NCBI GenBank assembly: GCA_044892505.1
Contig: CM097882.1
Location: forward strand, 574,182,001 to 574,246,000
Reading direction: 5' to 3'
DNA from: Schmidtea nova
Lineage: Eukaryota
DNA: 64,000 nt
Part shown: positions 57,061 through 64,000 of the stretch, piece by piece
Layout: each line of letters starts with the position of its first letter
How positions within the stretch are numbered: the stretch's first letter is position 1
Notes under the pieces: generated by a model
Databases searched by the model: none
The model's input: the letters and a program-made list of their open reading frames with translations, nothing else
What the model was told of the DNA's origin: nothing
Made by a program: the position numbers and the translations under genes

Positions 57061-57938
57061 CCCGATTCCACTGTCTTGGAATACTGTACTAATTTTCTTT
57101 GCTTCTAGTTCACCACTTGTTTCTGAATTTGACTTTTCTTCTTCACTACTCTCTGTTTCGTTATCTCTTGATTCGTTTCTTGTTCTGTTTTCCCTGACTA
57201 GTTCACTGTCTATCGTCTCTACTTCGTTTTGTACTGCTAGATCTTCTGGGGTTTCTTCTTGGTTCTCTTTATTACTCGAATTATCGCTGATCTCTACTTG
57301 TTTGTTCTTTTGTTGCTTCGGCTTGTTACCTGTTCTTGTCCTTTTTGCTGCTTTTCTTTCTGCTTCCGTTAAGATTGGTATTATACCTGATCTTGTTTCT
57401 CGTCCCTCAATTTTGTCTATTCCTCAACTGCTTATATTCTCAACTGCTTTTCTACTCCGCTTTTGCTTTGCTTCTTCTTTGATTTGTTTCTTTTGATTGC
57501 TCTGACTGCTAGATTGCTTTGAATTGCTTGATTGATTTGTTTCCTTAAAACAAATAATCACTTACACGATACGTCCCCGTTATCGTGTTTCTCGTCCCTC
57601 TCACGGGTGTAGTCATAATTCATGAAGATCCCCATTTTTCCCATTTCCCTTGATTTTAAGTCTATTTAAATTATCTATGCAGTCGTATCAATTATCTATT
57701 CTTTATCAAATGCACCAATTACTTTTCCCCAGTTTCCCAATTACTTTGTCGCTCAGCGCTCTTATTATTCCCTTTACTTTTTCTCAGGCTTCTCTGGCTC
57801 TGAGTTCAAATCTCCCCTTATCTGTCAACTACTCTATTTCTCAACTATTCGCTTTATCTCTTGTTCGCACTACGTTTACTACTTCATTTCAATTCTCCTC
57901 TCTACTCACCTTTAATTTCAACTGACATCTCTCGTTGG

Positions 57939-58404
57939 CCTGTTGGGCTTTCCAATCAGCGCCTTTCATCTCACCTTTTATCTCGAACTCTGTTTCTCTC
58001 AACTTCACTCATTATCTCATTAGCCTGCTGGGTTTTCCAGTCAGCGCTTTTAATCTCACCTTTTACTTCTGCTTCATTATTCTCGACCTCAATTGTCGTT
58101 TCATTAGCCTGCTGGGTTTTTCCAGTCAGCGCTCTTATTATCCACCCTTTATCTCTTCACTGTCGACTTTTACCTGTTCTTTGCTCCGATGATCATCACT
58201 TTTGACCTGCTGGGTCTTCCAGTCAGCGTCCTCAATTTCACCACTTTATTGTTACTCCCTTTTATTCTCTCGATCTTTCCTGATCGTTTCCATTGACCTG
58301 CTGGGTTTTTCCAGCTAGCGTCTTTACCCCTTTACCTGTCTTAACAAACCGGTTTCATTTTACTCCCGTCGAATCTCATGGTCTGCTGGGTTTTCCAGTC
58401 AGCA
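57939..58404 (-). repeat. Six dispersed ~24-bp hairpin motifs (consensus RNA GCUGACUGGAAAACCCAGCAG) with unique ~60-75-bp spacers
   Basis: Copies start at 57939, 58024, 58108, 58206, 58297 and 58382 on the plus strand. Confidence 0.85.
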
Positions 58405-58730
58405 CCCTTCACTTACTCACTTTACTTTATTACTCCTTTGTATGCATACTTTATCATCATTAGGCCACATAATCAGCTTTACTCGCATTTATCAATACCC
58501 AGGTGCGCACCTTCAACTCTCACATTATTATCTCGGTTTCTTTCAACCCTTATTCCTCATTATTCGCTATTCATTTTCACTATTCATCATTTATCCTCAT
58601 TATCATTTATTCATCTCCATTATCGCTTATTGATCTTCACTATCCGGATAGTTTTATGCTTTATTTAGTCCTCATCTGCCTCACTTCGTCGTCTTTCTCG
58701 TGGGCTTTTACTCGATATTTTATTTCAAAC

Positions 58731-58958
58731 GAGAACTATGCTCACTGCTGAGAACTATGCTCACTAACGAGAACTATGCTCAATGACGAGAACTATGCTC
58801 ACTGACGAGAACTATGCTCACTGACGAGAACTATGCTCACTGACGAGAACTATGCTCACTGACGAGAACTATGCTCACTGACGAGAACTATGCTCACTGA
58901 CGAGAACTATGCTCACTGACGAGAACTATGCTCACTGACGAGAACTATGCTCACTGGC
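58731..58958. repeat. Tandem array of 12 x 19-bp GAGAACTATGCTCACTGAC; degenerate interspersed copies continue to ~59290
   Basis: Exact 19-nt period from 58731, then about nine further variant copies separated by short spacers. Confidence 0.95.
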
Positions 58959-59982
58959 AAAACATGGTTGTTATGATGGTTTTGCTTACTGATGGAAACT
59001 CTTTGCTCCGGGGCTTATGTTCCCCGATGAGAACTATGCTCACTGATGGTGACTACAGGAATTATGTTTCCTGATGAGAACTAAGCTCACTACGATGACT
59101 ATGTTTATTAATGAGAACTACGCTCCCTGATGAGGACTATGTTCGCTTGTCTTGTGTTTATTAATGAGAACTCTGCTCACTACGAGAACTATGCTCACTA
59201 TGGTGTTGTGTTTTATGACGAGACCTACGCTCACTAGGATGTTACGTTTTATGACGAGACCTATGCTCACTATGAGACCTATGCTCACGAACGAAAACTC
59301 GAAATATCATCTCTCAGTGGTTGCATGTGTTGCTTCGGGATGTTCCTCCCAGTGGTCACTTATGCTTCTTCGGAGAATCTATTGTCGCGTTTCGTTAAGT
59401 TCTATCTTTCAAGAACTATGGGCAAATCCTTTCTCTCTAGGACCCCTTTTATCATTTCCTTTCTTTCAAGGATTTCCTTTAACCTCGAGTTTTCCATTGA
59501 CTCGGTTCATCTGTTATACCCCTTTATTCTATTATCGATTCGTCAACCTTTCTACTTGATTTTACCTTATGCGAGCTGATTACGTGCCTTTCATCATATA
59601 CCACATTTATCCACTTTTAATATTCATTTCCTCACTCTCCTTCTCTACTGATCAGTTTATCTTCCTATTTTTATAGTTTTTCTGCGCGCGCCTAACCTCA
59701 TTGAGTTGTCCCTACCTTTCACCCCAACCAAAATATATAAAAAGATCGCATTGGTCCACTGATGCACGATGTGGTGATCAGTCACATCACAAGAGCTTTC
59801 CAATATCCGCGATTGGATCCCTTTCTACACATCTCGGGTGAGTTGATCAGTTGGTTCCCCCCAATGGGTGCTTAACGGACTACTCGTAGGTAGCTCATAA
59901 TTACTTAGGTCATTTTTACCAAATCATTTTTAAACCCTCATAATTTCAATAACAACTGCACTTGTTCCAAACTTTATTTCTA

Positions 59983-60441
59983 TTACAAGTACACTGTTAT
60001 TTTCTCGGATACGGGAAGGTTGCACATAGGACATCGTTCGTTTATTTTACATTCATTACAGAATCGAAAATGCCCACACGGCAACAACATTATCTGTATT
60101 TTGTTTATTTCACAGATGTAACACGTCAAATACTGTCTCGTATATTCGGTTGTCGTTCTTATCCACTCATCGTGTTTTGTTGCAATCTGTTGTTCTAGCC
60201 TGTGGCACTCGATATTCATTTCAGGGTTGTTTAATCGCTCTCTATACCACTGATATCGTGTTGCTGTATCCACTGTTATCTTATTCTCGCTTATGCTCAT
60301 CATTATTTCAGCTCTTTCTGTGTTGTTTGTCGGTTCGTGATATCCTCCTACCTCGAGTTGTTTTAACTTTCTCATTACTGTCTCCACCGCCTCGTTGTTT
60401 GTCTCGAAAAACGTTTGCATTTCTTTTATTTTGTTCTCCAT
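59983..60441 (-). CDS. 152-aa protein with a C-terminal IAP/MDM2-type C3HC4 RING
   Basis: CYICEINKIQIMLLPCGHFRFCNEC...CPMCNLPVSEKITVYL at the extreme C-terminus; CAG 3 nt before the ATG; AATAAA 5 nt after the stop. Confidence 0.85.
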   Translation of the reverse strand: MENKIKEMQTFFETNNEAVETVMRKLKQLEVGGYHEPTNNTERAEIMMSISENKITVDTATRYQWYRERLNNPEMNIECHRLEQQIATKHDEWIRTTTEYTRQYLTCYICEINKIQIMLLPCGHFRFCNECKINERCPMCNLPVSEKITVYL

Positions 60442-60970
60442 CCCCTGAATGGATTCTCATTAATTTTGTTATCGATTTTTATTTATCATTTATTATTCCT
60501 ATTCTATGGTAGCCCTACTGTTCGGTTTTTGTTGTTCTATTTCGCGCCACTGCGTATCCCCCCGTGTTCTTGAATGTCGCCCCGACATGATCATTGTTAG
60601 TTGCTCACACTCATACCATTTTCATGCACACTTTTCAGCATACTTTTACCTTACGTCATGCATACTTTTCATCACTTTTCATACTGTTATTCCACATACT
60701 ATTCCTCATACTTCATTCATCCCCATACTTACATTCCATTATCATTCATACTTTCATTCTCATGCATACTTTCATCACGTTCATCAATCTCATTATTTTG
60801 CACTCATACTTTTATTTATTATTTTTCAACCCGATTCGTTCTTGCTTCAGGACCCTCAAACCCTCTATTATTTACTTTACTTTTCCTCGCTAAATTCAAT
60901 TCATCCCGGTTCAGGCGCTCTAAACTGTCCGCAGATATCGAATTCACTTTTTCCCACAAAGATCGATTTA

Positions 60971-60988
60971 ATCCCGGCTGAGCCCCCA
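60971..60988 (-). promoter_or_regulatory. Primer binding site, tRNA-Pro type (TGGGGGCTCAGCCGGGAT)
   Basis: 6 nt from the 5' LTR end; 16/18 match to the known MLV tRNA-Pro PBS TGGGGGCTCGTCCGGGAT. Confidence 0.88.
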
Positions 60989-61378
60989 AATTTATGCTGG
61001 TGTGTTGGTTAGATTGACAACTGAGATCATTAGGATTTTATCTGTTAGGGTGATCTCGCCAACATAAAAACATTTCCCCCGCTGACACCCATGATGTATC
61101 CCTAACTACTCATCATGTTGGTGCTGTGTCAACGTTGTGAAATGACAAGGCAGGTGAGCAACCTTTCGGCTACTATTCCCTTGTTTATTCACGGGTCCAC
61201 CACTACCGATAGAAGGTGTTTGTGGCTTTCTTTCGGTCCCACTTATGCTCTTTACTTTGCTCTAGGGTAAGTTAATTTCAGCGCATCTGCAGTTTAAATG
61301 AATCCGGGTTTTATCTACCTTCAATTTTCAGACATTCCACAAACAAACAAGACAAGTCAAATCATTCATTTTATACAT

Positions 61379-61942
61379 TTATTTATAGTTTAATAATACC
61401 GAGGGTCGGATTACATTTAGTAGTTCTTGCTCGGATAGACCACTGAGCAAGTCTACCTCTATCCCTACGCGATCCGCATATGCGCGTCTCTCCCTACGCT
61501 TTTTCGCTCCCAAGCGATTCCGTCTCTTTGTTCGTTTCGAGCCTTCCAGAATTATTGGGGACGTTGGGGTAGTTGTGATTGGGATGGTTTCTATTTCCGT
61601 TTGGGTACTTGTTGTCATCGATATGGTGTCCACCCACCGATTAAAGGTGCTAGCCCTGATCACTGGGCGTAATTGCTCGGTGATAAACTCCTGGGTTGAT
61701 GCCCTCAAGTAATTCGACAGCTCCATCTTTAGTGCTGCTACCTCCCTAGCTTGCTCGTCGATTGTTCGTTCCGCCCTGTATCTGGCTTGCAGGATGGTTT
61801 TAACCCTCTCTGGGTTGAACCACGTGGCTTTAATTCGCTGGTGCTCGTCGTTTAGCTGCCGCAAGCGGTTTTCTAGGACTCGCGATCGTGCTTTATGCTC
61901 TTTTGCCTCTTGTTTGTAGTTCCTAGTTGGATGTTCACTCAT
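61379..61942 (-). CDS. LTR ORF-B copy in the 5' LTR
   Basis: Translation identical to 35225-35788. Confidence 0.7.
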   Translation of the reverse strand: MSEHPTRNYKQEAKEHKARSRVLENRLRQLNDEHQRIKATWFNPERVKTILQARYRAERTIDEQAREVAALKMELSNYLRASTQEFITEQLRPVIRASTFNRWVDTISMTTSTQTEIETIPITTTPTSPIILEGSKRTKRRNRLGAKKRRERRAYADRVGIEVDLLSGLSEQELLNVIRPSVLLNYK

Positions 61943-62133
61943 CTCTGTAAAATGTATCATTAATCGGGTTATGTATGGTTTGTCTGTTCTCTCAGTCACT
62001 ATCTTTATTATCAAACAGGTGTTTCACTCTCAGATCGCCTCATACATTCAAAGACATAACAAAACCCAAAAATTAATACATTTATTTTTAATACACATCA
62101 AATATTCCTTCGATGGATCGGTTTCCTTGCGAT

Positions 62134-62769
62134 TTAAATGAAGGGTCGTAATTCCTGATCGGCCGTGTTCTCGTTACGACGGATTCCGCTTTCATAGTAT
62201 AACTCCGGGGCGGGGCTCCAACTTAACTTGTCCCGAAAGATGAATACCTCCCAGAGGCGTAGATCCTTGGGCTCGGGATGTTGATCTAGTGATACGCTTC
62301 CTGGCGCGTTTGAGTAGGCGAAGACTTCCCCAGTGTCGCCACACCGAGGCCTGTCTAGCAGTATGTATCCGAGTTGATGTAGCTCTTTTCCGGACGTCAT
62401 TCCGGTACTTAGTAACCAGCGGGGTTGCTTTAACTCATCGAGGAATTGATAAAACCATCGGGTATTTTCCGGCTTGATACGACCCGAGGAGGGTACCCAA
62501 TCGGTATCTCCTTCCCACCGCAACTGTAGTCCAAACGCGCAAGCTGGGGTGCTAGCTGCTGAGCTCATATGGGCCCTCATCCATCGTCGTAGGTGGCGAC
62601 GTGACACTTCGACAACTTTTCGGGGTGCTTCGTTCTCTCCTCTGATATTTGGGTTCGTATTTGGTCTGAGGACGGAGCGGGTGCGCCGTTTCTTACGGAG
62701 GATGGTATTCTCTATCTTTATAGGGTACGCGACCATCGGCTTCTCTTGATAACTCTCCAGTTTCACCAT
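62134..62769 (-). CDS. LTR ORF-A copy in the 5' LTR
   Basis: Translation identical to 35980-36615. Confidence 0.8.
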   Translation of the reverse strand: MVKLESYQEKPMVAYPIKIENTILRKKRRTRSVLRPNTNPNIRGENEAPRKVVEVSRRHLRRWMRAHMSSAASTPACAFGLQLRWEGDTDWVPSSGRIKPENTRWFYQFLDELKQPRWLLSTGMTSGKELHQLGYILLDRPRCGDTGEVFAYSNAPGSVSLDQHPEPKDLRLWEVFIFRDKLSWSPAPELYYESGIRRNENTADQELRPFI

Positions 62770-64000
62770 GGTATTTCTAAAGAAGATGGTTGTTTTTAAT
62801 CTACGGATTCTACGGCAGAACGGACCTATTTATATTAGTCAACCCACCCGTCTTAATTATGAAATTTTGTAGGTCCGAGGGGTACCTTCTGTGGTTTTGC
62901 CGGATCATTGTTGGTGGCTGGACGTGGGTCGTGTTAGATGATAGCTTGAACTAATGTACTCCGCTTTTTATTTCGACGATTCAGCTACGCACGATTTGTT
63001 ACAGTTGTTAATCATATCGCTATTATACTTAATATTCATCAATCAGGTTCAATCACTCAACTACAACCGGTTTTATTTATTGGTAATACTATTTATCACA
63101 TTCAATCTCATCAGTCGTTTTCGATTACTTCCTCATTTAACTAGTAATGATCATGCCATGTCGGGTAATCCCCGTAAGTTCCTGGGGTCCTTACTCCCTG
63201 GGGTTCATCATTTTATCGGTTCTCAATGCCTGTAGTTTATTTATCATCTCTCCTGGCGACTAAACACAGCTGACAGAGGTTATCGATTATCCTTAACCCT
63301 TGATACTAGGTTCACTATGCTCGAACTCGTACGCGCTAATGTTGACATATACCTACCCTCGTCGTCACCTAATTCATCTGCACTAATATTATTCACTGCA
63401 CGTATATCCCTCGTCTAGACTTCGCCACGATATATATCCTTCCCATAAAACGGGCTTCACTTTGCGCTCGTTTACGACTACTAGTTTATACTCGATACCC
63501 TATCATTGTGATGCCAAACGTTTATATTAGATCATCTCTACCTTGATTTCGTTCACGATCATTAGGTCTTACTCGATACCCTATGTGCATTCAACCCCTT
63601 CCGCTTTCCAAATATTTAATACACCTATGGTCCCGCCGCATCAGCACCTCACAACCGAAAGGTTGTGTTGCGCTGAGAGGCCCCAAGAATCCGTCAGGCT
63701 GTTAGGCCTCCGGAAAACCTTATGGATTTTAATATGATTAACAATTATAATTATGAGGGTTTAAAGCAACAATCGAACACACAACAATTACCTTTTATTT
63801 TTTCTCCAAGTTGGTTTTACAATGTTCTCAGTGCTCAACTGCAAGTCACACTTGGTAAAAAATGGCATTGTCAAATACTGATTTGACTTCAGTATTTATA
63901 CTCAACCGGTGTTGTTGGTTAGCCAATCAGCATCGAGTATGTGTGTATGTTTGCTTCATTTTTCATGTTGTCGGCTTTTTGCTGCCTAACTTAACTTGCC

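Larger units (their letters stand above)
34841..64000 (-). mobile_element. Giant enveloped Ty3/Gypsy (Metaviridae)-type LTR retroelement, ~29.5 kb (predicted end 64301, outside the window)
   Basis: Direct LTRs offset by exactly 26154 bp, a PBS, an intact 4961-aa ORF with RT-RH-IN order, and seven accessory ORF types on the same strand. Confidence 0.95.
60995..64000 (-). repeat. 5' LTR (runs past the end of the window)
   Basis: Direct repeat of 34841-37846. All ORF-track translations in the two copies are identical. Confidence 0.93.

Noticed and set aside
38950-57496. Many plus-strand ORFs antisense to the giant element (e.g. 56465-57496, 343 aa; 41648-42298)
   Set aside because: They are F/L/S-rich shadows of a purine-rich minus-strand coding sequence, with no motifs. 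The 343-aa ORF overlaps the stop-poor gag 5' region.
57939-59290. CRISPR-like appearance of the repeat-spacer hairpin array and the 19-bp array
   Set aside because: The context is a eukaryotic retroelement with no cas genes. Spacers are long, uneven and pyrimidine-rich, and the 19-mers are directly tandem.

Overview
AT-rich eukaryotic (metazoan-like) genomic DNA. There is one clear host gene, an intron-containing beta-tubulin (9996-11379). The left half is mostly transposon remnants: a frameshifted TBP-like ORF, four hAT elements, an RLE-type non-LTR fragment, a full-length Ty3/Gypsy element with 120-bp LTRs, an 82-bp piggyBac MITE, and a Penelope-like element with hammerhead-like cores. The right half (34841 to beyond 64000, minus strand) is one giant, apparently intact LTR retroelement of about 29.5 kb with 3.3-kb LTRs and a tRNA-Pro-type PBS. 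Its 4961-aa ORF reads Gag(3xCCHC), 2x ubiquitin-like, Bcl-2-like, chuvirus-type class III fusion glycoprotein, protease, RT, RNase H, integrase, ankyrin repeats, 4x FN3-like, TM. The envelope gene therefore lies inside the polyprotein, upstream of the protease. Separate accessory ORFs encode a full-length TRAF-like protein, an IAP-type RING protein, two coiled-coil proteins, a small membrane protein and two LTR-encoded basic proteins. Each accessory ATG has a YAG acceptor just upstream. The 5' leader holds six hairpins with one compensatory base change and a 19-bp tandem array. A divergent sister LTR with an intact paralogous ORF lies at about 29943-32175. From memory the size and layout resemble the giant 'Burro' Gypsy elements of the planarian Schmidtea mediterranea; this and the host identity are unverified. 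All domain calls are by eye, with no database searches.
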